The notes under the pieces are model-generated. The model saw only the letters and a list, made by a program, of their open reading frames with translations. It was not told where the DNA came from and ran no database searches. Positions 24,501 through 36,540 of a stretch of DNA of 64,000 nucleotides are shown here, piece after piece (positions within the stretch are counted from its first letter, which is position 1; every line of letters starts with the position of its first letter). The stretch comes from Leptogorgia sarmentosa (taxonomy: Eukaryota). The translations under genes and the position numbers were made by a program. The DNA lies in the NCBI GenBank assembly GCA_964658305.1, contig OZ210886.1, forward strand, positions 806,001 through 870,000, in the 5' to 3' direction.

Positions 24501-27500
24501 GAAAGGGTTTGACGATATTAAATGTCATTAGGGATATGATGGCAAAAGAGGCGATAAAGGTTCAAGTGGTGATAATGGAGAAGCTGTAAGTCCATAATTT
24601 GTTTTAACATTTTTGACATCCATTCAACTTCGCTTAATGTTTGAATATGAATGATATTAGTGCTTCTTATTTGCCAATGTATTTCTAATGTGAACTACTT
24701 ATAATGAAATTCTTTTGACTTATTATGTTTATACATATAGGGTGCCGATGGTGTTGATAGTACGGAAGCTGGTGAACAAGGTGAACAAGGAATACAGGTA
24801 AGCAAACATTTTTACCCCTAGTCGATAATAACAATCTTATTGGCTTGTTATCGCTTCGCTTTATCTAACACCTGGACGTTCAATAACAAAATAATATATT
24901 GGAGGTAAGCAAGCAATTGTAATACAAAGTAAATTACCATACATTATACAATATTGGGAATAAAATTTTACTTTGTCGATTAAACGATCATTACAGAATT
25001 TTCATACCTGTTCTATTTCGTGAAATATACTTCTAATAACATTTTATACGTAAACCAGAATATATTGAAATGGGTTCACAAATTATTGGCTACGGCTCTG
25101 TAGAGACCATAGAAAAACAAATAATTTCGTTATTGTTTTCAAGGGCCCTGATGGCGAAGATGGCGCTCCAGGAAATGCCGGTCCACCGGGCCCTCCAGGC
25201 CCTCAAGGTTTACAAGGTAGTCCCGGAGATGATGGAAATCCTGGTAACCTAGTACGTATATGTATCGACTATATTTGCATGTATGTAAAACTTTATTTAA
25301 ACACGCTGGTCTCGGACAACTATATGAATGCACCTGATTTTCGCGAGGGGGCTATAAGATAAGTATAGTATGAATATTTGCAAATTATCAGCATATTTAC
25401 AAGAAGGAAAAAACCCCAAAAGAAACGGCCGATATACAGGAAAACCCACAAGAGAATGCATTAAAAACTGAAAGCTTAATCCAGCGACAATCATATTATT
25501 TGCTTTATCTACCTTTTAAATGAACTTATGGATTCAGCTCGCTTAAGCTCTCGTGGAAGATTATTCCACGAGATAGGGAGGGTAGTACGAAAACTCACTG
25601 AGTGTTTTTCACAGGGTATTCCTGGTATGAAAGGATCAAAGGGACAACCTGGGTTTGTTGGAGAACCGGTAAGAAACCTTTTCATTCAAATAAAGTATAC
25701 TATCAATAAAGATATAAATTTGTGAGCGAAGTATGCAATGGGCATTGTGCATTTTTCTGTAATGAAAGAAGTGGAATGATTGTTTGGTCAGGGTTGATAT
25801 TTTATATTTCAGGGAGATTCAGGTACACTCGGTGAGACTGGAGTTGATGGTGACGATGGTGCAAAAGGACCAAAAGGTGATATCGGTGCACCTGGATTAC
25901 GTGGACAACCTGGTACACCTGTAAGTAATATTTACAGCATGAGGCGGCTGTGTTATGAGAGAAAGTGAGATTACAAGAAATTATGTAATGATTAAATATA
26001 GCCCTATATAGTGCAGTGGTGATTTAAACAAGGTATACAACAATATCTATAAAATCAATTTTGTAGGGTAACCAAGGTAAAACTGGCAATCCTGGTTATC
26101 CTGGGTCATTGGGAAAACCGGTAAGAATTTGAATTAATTTCATTCCCCTATTTCATAGAAATCGTGTGAAATAGAATATCCGGTACAATCTGGCCCGTTT
26201 CATACGTCGAATTTTGGTCGCATCGAATGCAATTCAAACAATAGATAATGAAGTTAGTATCTCATTATTCATTGTTTGAATTGCATTCGATGCGACCAAA
26301 ATTCGACGTATGAAACGGGCCTTAGTCACAGGCCTTAGTCCGACGAAGGGCCTTTGCATGCTCAAAACGTCGCGTGAATCTTATCCTTACGGTAGTGAAT
26401 GGGAATTTTTCATCCTCCATTGCCACAGTCATATTGAAGTATTGTCTATAACGTCAATCCCGTTCTGCCTTTGGCAGTGCAACAAAGGTGGCACCTGAAC
26501 TTCAATAAGACCACGGAACGACTGAAGGCATGTTTCCACCTCAAATTTTGAAATTTAGGCAACTAAAATTGGACATTTAAAGCATATAGTTAGAACACCA
26601 TTGGAATTAATCTCTAAACTCTACGATTTCACAATACTTTTGCCTCGTGGTATTAATTATAATTTTCATTTTTTTAAGGGCAGCGCAGGTCCAAGTGGTA
26701 AAACCGGTCCTCCTGGATCCCCAGGCAATGTGGTAAGGCTACATTACCTTACTGCTGTATATTGTACGAGTTTTAATTGTTCAACATTTCCCTTAAAATA
26801 TAGCCTGACGTAAGTTGTGTCGTAATGAAATATGAGATGCACGCTTGATCAGGCATTGAAATTAGGAAATTTTACAAGGAATTAATCTACGTGTCGTGCA
26901 GGAGTGGAGAATTACTAATAATGCCGCTGTATTCACAAGAGTTTCACGAATTTTAATCGGCCATCAAAATGGCGTGCTTTCGCGATATATGAGCAAGCCA
27001 ATACAAAACCCCCACCCTGACACCAACAACATAATATTAATTAAAACTTTCGGTTGCTCACATATCGAGGAAGTACTAATAACAACGCGAAAACACGAAA
27101 AGTCTTGATTCAACACGAAAACCTTGCCTTGATTGGAGAATAAAATCCTTCACACATTTCAAGACAAAATCATAATTTTTCCTCATTTATAATTTACGTT
27201 AAGAATGTTTTGTGATGTTTAGGGACCCCAAGGTCAACGTGGACCACCCGGTCAGGATGGACCTTCAGGAAGAAATGGTGGCACTGGACCTCCCGTTAGT
27301 AATTACTTTGATTTGAGTTATTACTTATTACTATAATTGTGATCATATTGCTTAATGCAGCGCATTATAGATGGGCACTCGGAATCAATAAGCAATATTG
27401 TAAAAATAAGAAAATATGGAAAAATCATAAACGTTTTCCAAAAAGATTAAGAAGATATTTGCATGGGTACTTTTGCTTAAGTCATTTAATATTGTGTACG

Positions 27501-30500
27501 GTAAATTTACGAATTGAAAACAATTGCACTATTGTACGATTGTGACTTGAAACGATCAATAGTTTCTAAGCAAGTATTAGCCAAGTTTTCACTTCAATGT
27601 CATTTTAAGACTTCAGCTTTAGGCTGAATTTGAATGTCTGCACAATCGTAATCTTCACTTACAGCAGAATAAGCTCTATTACAATGTTGAGATTCGGACA
27701 AGTGTCTAAAGTTTAAAATCTTTGTCTTTGCACGTTTTTGTTCGACTTGCAAGTCATGCATCATTGTTTATTTGTTTTTTTGTAAAATTATAACATAATT
27801 ATAACATTATTAAGCAACTCAACAACGGCTAGCTTCCAATCTGTCTGTTTTTCGTAGTTCAATTTCCTAGAAATGTGCTGTCAATTTTTTATGGTAATTT
27901 TTGTCGGGGACCCTGGAGCTGGGAGCGCCTCCCCCCTCCACCTGACACCCTCCCATTAATTGTTTTTCTTTTTTGCGCAGGGACAGCCTGGTAATATGGG
28001 TCCACCTGGTCCTCCTGTAAGTGTTCAATACTTGAGAAAAAAATCAAATATTACTATAAAGTAATATACTTGGTGTTTAACAGGAAACAACTTATTTCTT
28101 ACATATTTCTTCATAGGGTCCACCTGGAAAACTTATAACGGTACGAATTTTTTCATTTGTGTTGTTTACGCCTGGCTCGTGGGAAATATGTCGAGCAGTG
28201 ACGAAGCCAGCCCGACTTTTGGTCATGCAATTTTTTCTGTGTTTATAGACCGTATAAGGAATCAATTTCTAAAGAAATGAATAACATAATGATTTAAATT
28301 TGCATTTGCATTACCAAAAGTCGAGCTGGCTTCGCCACTGATGTCGAGCCTATGCGAGTTAATGCGGAAAAAATCGATCTAAAGGAACAAGTTTAACTTA
28401 GCTACTACGAAATTGTTATCCAATATTGTTCAAACTGGTTAAACGGAGCCGTACAAAGTTAAGCTTCGTAGTTATAACGACCAAATGTCATTGAACTGAG
28501 TTCATGCATTACACTCGGATTGAAAAGCTCCATGTTTAATATGGCATTTATTAATAAGTAATTTCGACTATTAATTTTATAGCATTATTGTTTCATCTAT
28601 AGGATATTAAAATTTCCACATATAAATCGAAAAATTAAATTGCATATAAATTCTTTTGTAAATAGCAAGAACCTATTGAACGCCCGGTAGACAAAGGTCC
28701 TCGATTCTATTCAAGCAATAAGGTGAGTTCAGAGTCCACCATTCGCAAGGGGTGAATTTTTCCGCGCCTTGTAAGTTTCTAGCAGTAGCTATAAGAGTAG
28801 TTCACAGAACCATGATGTTTTTGAGACTATTATGGTTTCAGATTGATGGGGGGTTAAAAACAAGACGTCACAAATTATGTTATAGTAAATTCCTGGAGGC
28901 GTCAACATTGATTCCCCACAGATTAAATATTATAGCTCCCAAACAGATGGCTGTTTTTTATCCTAGCGAGTAAATAACTTCTCACCACTAAACAGATTTC
29001 CGACTTTTTGTATTGTCAATCGTGTATTGTTCTGTCCATCTTATATAGGATATTGATGATGCTGAATTTACAGAATTATCGAAAGAATCACAAGGTGTTG
29101 TTGACATGGTGGACAAGATGGATGGACTTGCTCCTTTCTCAGCAGCAAGATCATGTCGAGATATTAACATGGAACATCCCGATACTGCAGATGGTACGTA
29201 TAAACTCAAAACTCGCATACGTATGATTGTTATTGGAATGTTCAGACGTCTATAATGTCTGCATCAAATATTTAGGTGTTTATTGGATCGATCCTGACTG
29301 TGGTAGCCGTGGAAATGCTTTCCAAGCAAGCTGTTACTTCACATTACAAGAAACGTGCATTAAATCTCCTAACTATAACAAATCCAACAACAATGAAAAG
29401 GTACGTCAAAGCACAAAACATGGATCAGTTGGATGTTGGATCAGTTGTTGTTACTTTGTGATCGTAACATGTTGCATGGTGTACCACGAGAAAACAATAT
29501 TAACCAACTTCTGCAATCGTTACTGTTTTAATCATTGAGATAAATTAACCGAACTATCTCAATTAATGTTTCTCAATGGTTTCAACCCAATCCAAATTGT
29601 TGCTGTTTTTCAATATCTTTTCAAAGAAATATTCGTGAACACAGTCATTGATCACTATGTTTTTATTTTCCAATTAGACAAATTTTCCAACTAGAAAAAT
29701 TCATTCAGTTGTTTAATTTTGTTTAGTTCTTGTATGCAGATGAAGTTCAGATGGATTTCCTACGCTTGTTAAGTGTCTCTGCATATCAGCAAATTACGTA
29801 TCGTTGCAAGAACTCGATGGCGTTTGATGGCAAAGAGACGTCTATTGATCTGATTGGAGAAAATGAAGTTGCTATCAATATGAAAAGTTCAAATAAACAC
29901 AGACCTATTATCATCCAAGATGACTGCAAGGTGTGTTTTATAATAAATTTATATATCTTCTTGAATTGTACGTAATTTGGTACAGATACTGAGAATCGTT
30001 AAAGCATATAAGTCGTGAAGGACCCTTGAGGTACACGTTTTTTTTAAGAATTAAGTTCTTTTTGTTGCTTTTCCCCCCACGCCTTACTCTGAAAACAACC
30101 TCTCACGGTCCCTGGTTTGGTAAAACTGTCCCAAACTGTATTGGGAAGATTACTGATTGAGATTATAATAATTTACTTTCGTGAAATTCAGTCGAATCTT
30201 GCATTGCGTGTCATATATACTTTAAATTTTAAAAACGTATACAAATTGAACCATAAAAATCCTACTTAGTTACAAATACTTTTCGGATACAACCATTACA
30301 CGATACAAATTGTTATACAGCACTAATGATAGTTTGACTAATTTATTCAGGAAACCTGCTGCAAACACTGTATGTTTTCTTCATTATGACATTCTTCTCT
30401 TCAGAAACTTGACGGCAAATGGCATAAGACGATATTTGAAGTAAGAACAGAGGAGAAACAGCGATTACCGATTGTCAACGTAACACCATTTGACAAAGGT

Positions 30501-30551
30501 TCAAACAAAGAGTACAAGGTTGAAGTTGGAGATGTATGCTTTGTATGGTAA
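3539..30551 (+). CDS. Fibrillar collagen alpha chain paralog 2: signal peptide + 2 VWA + minor helix + major helix + COLFI; about 1734 aa, 63 exons
   Basis: Exon 1 3539-3608 is a signal peptide ([23 protein letters not shown]). VWA exons are 5722-6285 and 6755-7333. Minor helix exons are 7822-7853 ([11 protein letters not shown]), 8285-8338 and 8530-8619. The N-telopeptide exon is 8858-8926. Fifty phase-0 Gly-X-Y exons run from 10394 to 28016 (34x54, 7x45, 4x108, plus 198, 99, 57, 72 and 36 nt). Then 28117-28140, the C-telopeptide exon 28666-28722 (DKGP), and COLFI exons 29049-29193, 29276-29400, 29727-29930, 30405-30551 (stop TAA). The summed CDS is 5205 nt and stays in frame. Confidence 0.93.
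5454..5680. mobile_element. Two tandem copies of a palindromic GGCCCGTTT-terminated MITE (same family as 26192-26321; fragments at ~1645-1678 and ~10508-10549)
   Basis: cgtcgaattttcgtcgcgtcgaatgcaattcaaacaatag ... ctattgtttgaattgcattcggtgcgacggaaactcgacg, followed by a second similar unit. Confidence 0.75.
9102..9213. mobile_element. PIF/Harbinger-like MITE (second copy at 14202-14321)
   Basis: TIR ggcctaggtcaa...ttgacctaggcc flanked by TAA on both sides. The internal sequence is nearly identical to the copy at 14202. Confidence 0.75.
9242..10018. mobile_element. Non-autonomous DNA transposon with ~128-bp TIRs and TTAA TSD (Kolobok-like)
   Basis: ttaa|agctgggttacagtcgcttctgcgcatg... and ...catgcgcagaagcgactgtaacccagct|ttaa. 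Purine-purine termini with TTAA fit Kolobok better than piggyBac (CC termini). Confidence 0.75.
10070..10335. mobile_element. Foldback element: 130-bp near-perfect arms, 6-nt spacer, 7-bp TSD ATTAGAT
   Basis: Arms are 10070-10199 and 10206-10335 with one mismatch seen. The direct repeat attagat occurs at 10063-10069 and 10336-10342. Termini are CATAGG...CCTATG. Confidence 0.85.
11438..11673. mobile_element. Tc1/mariner-type MITE
   Basis: ta|cagggtgtcccaaaaaaaagtgacctctat ... atagaggtcacttttttgggacaccctg|ta, giving CAGGGTG termini and a TA TSD. Confidence 0.85.
12907..12979 (-). mobile_element. tRNA-derived repeat head (SINE-like or tRNA pseudogene; anticodon position AGC)
   Basis: The minus strand reads GACCTCGTAGCTCAGTTTGTAGAGCATTGGACTAGCAAACGAAAGGTCGCGGGTTCGAATCCCACTGAGACCA. 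It has an A box and B box (GGTTCGAATCC), but the acceptor and anticodon stems are mispaired. Confidence 0.7.
13096..13175 (+). repeat. (AGTCATGT)8 plus 2 variant AGTCATTC units
   Basis: Directly visible 8-bp tandem repeat. Confidence 0.95.
14202..14321. mobile_element. PIF/Harbinger-like MITE nested in the Helentron-like element
   Basis: ggcctaggtcaaacgtcgaacttttcatg...catgaaaagttcgacgttcgacctagacc with TAA/TTA flanks; homologous to 9102-9213. Confidence 0.75.
16971..17231. mobile_element. Degenerate TIR element (MITE-like)
   Basis: tataatagacga...gcgcgttgcatt...ggtatcactgatattcaa pairs with ttgagtatcagcgatacc...aatgcaacgcgc...tcgtctattata; imperfect arms of about 75 bp. Confidence 0.65.
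26192..26321. mobile_element. Palindromic MITE (GGCCCGTTTCATACGTCG termini)
   Basis: Near-perfect ~50-bp arms ggcccgtttcatacgtcgaattttggtcgcatcgaatgcaattcaaacaat / attgtttgaattgcattcgatgcgaccaaaattcgacgtatgaaacgggcc. Confidence 0.85.
28196..28340. mobile_element. hAT-type MITE with 8-bp TSD ATGTCGAG
   Basis: cagtgacgaagccagc...gctggcttcgccactg, with atgtcgag at 28188-28195 and 28341-28348. Confidence 0.9.
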
Positions 30552-31058
30552 AGAACACAAGATGACGAACAAAAAGCCTGATTACAACTTAACATGAACA
30601 GGCACAGTAAGAGAATACATCTTAATACTAAATAAAGATAACTGATAAAACGTTATGTACATTTCTTTGTGTAGAATTAGTGAAAATTATAGTAAAATGT
30701 CTTATGTTTGTTTTTAAACTATATCTGTATACACGAGAAGTGGAAAATTTAATATCAAAGAGATTAAATTTAACACAGAGGCCATTTATAGCCGCTTTCT
30801 CGATATATAGGCAACCGAAATATAAAAACAGTAAATCGAAAAAGGCCCAATTTATACCTCCGTTTCGTTCCGGAGACACAGCCGGAGGCGGTTTTTTAGA
30901 CAAAAACTGACAAAAGCGGCACTTATAAAGCCTATGCGGGCTACGCCCACTCCGGCGAGCGAGGATCAAGACCCTGGGTACGAGGTTGCGCCTTACTGAA
31001 TATTAATTTTGTTGAATTTGACTGGATGTGTCATGAAGTACTTGCAACATAATTCAAT

Positions 31059-34000
31059 ATGGCGGATGGAACGTTAAATTTGAAAGAAGCTTTTCAACAT
31101 GGATTTAGTATATTCAAAAGGATTGAGAGCGACGATGGGCCTGGGAATTCGAAGCAATTACAAGTAATTATATTCATGCTTTAATTCCATCAGAACAAAT
31201 TATGCTATAAGTTTTGGTTACACGCATATTCATGTATTAAATTTGTACATATTGCGTACATATAGGATTGCATTTGTGAAGCAATAGACTGTTTCCGCAG
31301 AGCAATAGAGATGATCAATGACTTGGCATTATTTAGTATCAATGAGGAGCTGGATGAAATTTCCACTGCAGATCTAAGGTATAGATAGGAGTAATTTATT
31401 GATTTCTCCATTAATTGTCTTGACCAGTGGTGACAAAGTGATTTTACTTTGCTTACTGGCACTCAGGCAAGTGTTTTACTTTTTATATATTTATACTTTA
31501 TATTATATTTTAGATATTTGTTAGTGCCAGCATTACTTGGTGACTTATATTTAAGACTTTGCTCACAAGAACGTATTGATGTTGTTACTATTTCCAAGGT
31601 ACTATACTGAACGTTAAACACTGTGTCCATCTCAAGTTCCTAGTTGAAAAGATACATACAGCACACTTGAATTTGCAGTTAATATATTTATTCAATACTT
31701 AAGATTTAATACTTCATGTTGTAAATTTAGGTTGTAAACTTGTTACCACCCCCCTCATTTTTTCCCTCTATATACATCCCAAAGTTATCATATTTAGAAT
31801 AAAGAAATTATATTTCAGGTGTATTTGCTAAATTACTTGGAAAGATGCAAGATGTATGGTTTGCTGAAACAACAGGTAATTAAATATAAAACCACGGCTA
31901 GCCACACAAGTTTTCACAGCACCATTTTTGACTTGTAGTGTTAATTTATTGCAAATGCTTGACTACCAAAATAGAAATGTATGTCAACCGGTTGATTAGT
32001 ATTCTTGGCAGTAAAATTGGCTCTACATTTACAGTTGATTTTACTGGTGAAGAGTGTAAGATTTAAATGATAATTTGTATCTTTTTTAAGGATGTAAATC
32101 CACAATCGGAATCGGAAGGGACTTCGTTATCAAATAAAAGAAGCCTTGAAGAACTAGCAAACGAAAGACAAGCAAAAATTGTGCGATATCGAAGAATGAA
32201 GGAGCAGGAAATTCAAATTAAAGTGAATATGCCATTTTTATTTCACTTTTACCTAATCTTGTTCAATCAAGAAGGTTTTTTTATTTAGCATAGCCATGAT
32301 TTTTTACAACTTTGTGTGAAACTACTGTACATAGTATAGAAATGATAAAAACCCCGTTTCCTTGACCAAAATAACGAATTTTAACTGGTAAAGTTAAACA
32401 AAACTGCATGTTCACTAATCCCGTGATCCCATTCATGATTCGCTATTTTAAGATTGCTCGACGTTGATTTTTTGCGTTGCTAACAGGAACTTTCTGACAT
32501 AATTGAAAATCCATCAGTTTCAAATCCAGATGAGGAAGTGGAGGTATTATTCCGTCTCTTCACTCTCTTGTACCTATGTTTGCCGTGCCAGTTACCTTAA
32601 CTAGCTATATGAGTTGCCTACAACGGACAACTTGCGCTAAAGACTAATTGTTATAATACTAATATACGTACTTTTAAAAATTAGTTGCCAAATTGTTTTA
32701 TCTGGTATCCTTGTTTTTAAAATATGTATTCGATAAGCGAAATAATGACAATTAGTTATTTATTACTTTTTATCAATCTATAGACCTTATACTTGTTTTT
32801 TTAGAGAAAATTGAATATTTTATTGCTGGAAAACTGGATAAATAAAGCATTTGAAAACATATCTTCTATAAATAGTACGTTTTACGAAATTGCTATCATG
32901 CTTTTCCAGCTTCATATGGCTGCATGTAGGATTAAAAATTCATAAGGTTGAAAATTCTCTGTTGTTTTCAGGTGAACTGCCAATCTTAGAACATATGGCG
33001 AAGGTAAAACAGAATGGTGAGAACCAAAGCAAGAATGGTGACGAAACTGTTAGGAATAATGAAGAAGAAAAGAAAAATCAAGTAAGAAACAATCTCTTGT
33101 TTGCAATCAGTATTAACCATAATGCTGTGCAACACAGGTGCGAATGTTTTACCGACTGTAAGAATTACTCCATCGAACTTTGCATATTGGCGGAGAGTAT
33201 TACTCTTAGCCAATCCTTATATGTTTCAAGTTTCATTTCTGGAGAAAATATTTATTTTTTAATTTCTAGTTATTTTCGAAGCCAGTATTAATAACGAGAC
33301 AAATGATACAGGTATTTAGCATATTGTCCACCTTAAAGCTCTGCATGCTTTCCAAAATTGCTGTATTTCGGTTAAGAAGTTGTTGTCTTTCAGAATAAAG
33401 TATTTGGTGCAGGATATCCTAGCCTACCAACAATGACGCAAGAAGAATATTTTGAAAAAGAATTACGTGAGGGAAAAATCGTTACAGAATTCAGGTGATT
33501 TCTTATTAAAACTTGGGGAAAATAGTGTTTGTATGGATTTGTTTATTTTGAAAATTCCGTGCAGGATTTTGCCATCAACAAGCAGCAAAATTCTACTGAT
33601 GATCTAAATGATATTGTACTGCATGGCTTTACGTTTCGAGCAAGCTCAACCATGCATATGTACACTTGGCATGATAACTTGGGTCCAAAAAGTGAAGCCA
33701 AAAGGTGATGTTAAAACACTGCAGTTTTTTCAAGTGGCAGTGTGTGTTTTGTGTGCGCGGTCACATACAAAGCCAATTAAATTCATATGGTGTCAGTGTT
33801 ACATAGTTCGCATGTAATTTTATCCTCTAAGAATATTTCGTCACTTTATATTTTTAGTGAAAATAAGACATCGCAAAGCAAAAGTGATGAAGAGAGAGTC
33901 AAAGACGAAATGGATTGCGCTGAAGATGAAACATATTTAGCAAAATTATCAAAAGAACGAAAATGGGATGACTGGAAAGATGGTGTGTACGTGTAACACG

Positions 34001-34094
34001 TTTCTCCCTAAAATGCATCTAACAAAGAAAATCCCTGTTACTTGTCTTTTTAGATCATCGTCGTGGTTGGGGCAACAGGGAAAATATGGGATGA
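31059..34094 (+). CDS. IGBP1: Immunoglobulin-binding protein 1 (alpha4/TAP42 family PP2A regulator), 12 exons
   Basis: Exons start at 31059, 31266, 31513, 31819, 32091, 32487, 32805, 32972, 33270, 33394, 33858 and 34053. Motifs: LALFSINEELDEISTADLRYLLVPALLG, RQAKIVRYR, KPVLITR..KVFGAGYPSLPTMT, KWDDWKDDHRRGWGNRENMG*. Confidence 0.95.
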
Positions 34095-34973
34095 ATAATT
34101 TATTCGATTTGATGAACGTTTTTTGATGTTTTCGTCAAAACCATGTTAACCATCATACTGGTTTCGCGACACACTAAACAACGTAAAATAATCCGTGAAA
34201 GGAATTGGATTACGTCATCAATGAAGATTTAGAATAAATAACAACAAGGACATCCAAGGAAAGCCATCTTGCATCTGTCGTTCCACCCTGTGCTTCCTTA
34301 ACAAATTCTGCTGAGAAAATCATGGAGAAAATTACTATGGGGGAGGCAGTGGGATTCTATAGGTTAACAGAACTGTCGCCATTTGAGGCCAAATCTTTGG
34401 CTTAAGCATTAGCGTGGCTGTGATGTACATGTCACAGGCCTTCTTATTGATATTTACTGCTTTGAACAATAGACAGTGTATGAGTCAACTATAGTATATT
34501 GCTTTGTTTCGAGCGCAAAGCCCTCGTTGGAAATCTCTATTTTGGTTTTTATTTTCCTGGTACAAGGCCTTCTAGTGCCGTAGTGCGCCGTTGGAATCAT
34601 GGTTCCAATACACCAGTAATTAAGACACTGGGGCCGCCGAGGGTAGCTCATTGGGTAGCTGTGAAAATGGAACCTAGAAAACCTAGAAATGAAAACGGAG
34701 TTCGTCCTAAACTCATATTGTTCGTTTACTGTTAGGGGAATTGAAAACAATTTTTCTTACGAGTTCATTACAACCTCGTGGAGGAGAAGGCCACGGCCAT
34801 GACCACAGTGACCCTGGGACCGAGGTTGGCTCACGTCTTTATATTATATATGTAACATGAAGTACTGAAAATGTACGTAGTCCACATGGAGTGACATCGT
34901 CGTGAACATGGCGGCTAACAGAGGAGTGAAACATCAGTTTATTTCAACCAAACTTTGCTGATTCCCCCTCATC

Positions 34974-36540
34974 ATGTCTGGCATTAGGAGACCATTGTAC
35001 TTGTATAAAGAAATACTTTCAGTACTACGGTCAGTTACTCATCAACCCAGTAATGTAAGTATTTAGTCAAATTTAAGTCAGTTGACGTGAATGAACCTTG
35101 GACTTTGGGTGCTTGCAGTCTCGATACACAGCTAACTTAAACTAAAAAAAACACTAACCACGTATTTCTAATTTCTTATATTGAAGAAGAGCCAAATAAA
35201 GTGGTGATAATTTTTTGATGACTGCACCCTTGGGACTCTCAAGCCGCCACCCCCCCCCCCCATCCTCTGCCCACTTGATGGATTTAATCCCAGAAACATG
35301 CGAAGCCCCAGAGTTTTAACTCTGTGGAGTTATATACACCTGCATGAAGCCATAGTGAAGTCTGAAATTCATCAAACGGCAGATATATTGGGTTATGGTT
35401 ATGGTGGTAATCAAAAAGTCTCCTGAGAAAACCTAAATATTGGAAAAAGGCAGGGAGAATTTTTGTGCGAAATATTTGGAATTTGCCCAGCCTTAGCAGA
35501 AGCAAACATAATTTGCTATCTTAGAGAAATTGAGTGAGTGTAAGGCTTTGATTTCATGGCCATCAGTAATAAAGTGGGTAACTACAAGCATGTTTTGGCA
35601 CTATTAAAATTTGTGCTACATGTACATTTTTGAATTACTCTGCTCAAAAACAAACAACTTGTCCTCTACTGGAGGTTTAATGGATGGCCTTTACCAGGTA
35701 TCAGACTGTAACTGTGTGCAAAAAAAAAATGGCTTAGTGAAGTGCAGGGTCCTAGGCAAATACCTGTCATGCTTTCTCTGTCACCTGCAACATTTTATGC
35801 AAATAATAGGTTGTATGTTACAGCAAATTTAAGTTTACATTTATAGGCATAATAACCTATGCATGACAAATGTTCTGCTATTAAAGAAATTGTGATTTGC
35901 ACATCAAAAAAGTACTTCATAGGCTTGCCAGTGACTCACTTGTGAATCAAGTGTATGTTACTTTGAGGACTGTACATTAATGTGTCTAAATCTGCAAGGT
36001 GCCCCGATTTTTTAATTTCCACCTTGCGTTGAAAGAGGAAGTGGTCGATATCATGGATTTGTGGTAGCACATAATTTACATAATGTAATATTTAATAGGT
36101 CTCAGACTACAGAAACAAATATGGTTATTCCTACATTAACATACTATATGGAAATAGCAAGAATCTCTGCAAAGATGAAAGCTCAACTAGGCATCTTCAA
36201 TACTTGGCTGAGACGTATTTGTGTCTTTTGAAGAGTATAAGAGCTGCTAAGGTATGATTTAGCTTCATGAAAATTACATACGTGAATTACGTAACTTATA
36301 TATTTATCCATAATCGAATTACTTTCTGAAGTCTATTTCGACGGCAATATTGTTGAGGTTAAATTCATTGTTATACTGGATTTATGTTTAAATTTTGTTC
36401 GTAAAGTGTTGCAGCATTTCGAGCAAGTTTCCTGTCCTCTGTAGGTATTGTACGACCGCTATAAAGGTGAAGAAAATTCCGTTGAAAAGTACGCTAGAAG
36501 AGTTGGTTTTAAACTCCCTCCCAAAATAAATGAAAATTAA
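34974..36540 (+). CDS. FMC1: FMC1 homolog (mitochondrial ATP synthase assembly factor), 109 aa, 3 exons
   Basis: Exons 34974-35054, 36099-36251 and 36445-36540, all phase 0. LQYLAETYLCLLKSIR...YKGEENSVEKYARRVGFKLP matches the recalled FMC1 pattern ATYLCLLRSIR...GKGERSVEESAGLVGLKLP. Confidence 0.88.

Noticed and set aside
34400..34830. ORFs 34454-34750 and 34499-34735 between IGBP1 and FMC1
   Set aside because: No splice structure or motif; probably repeat-derived or promoter sequence.
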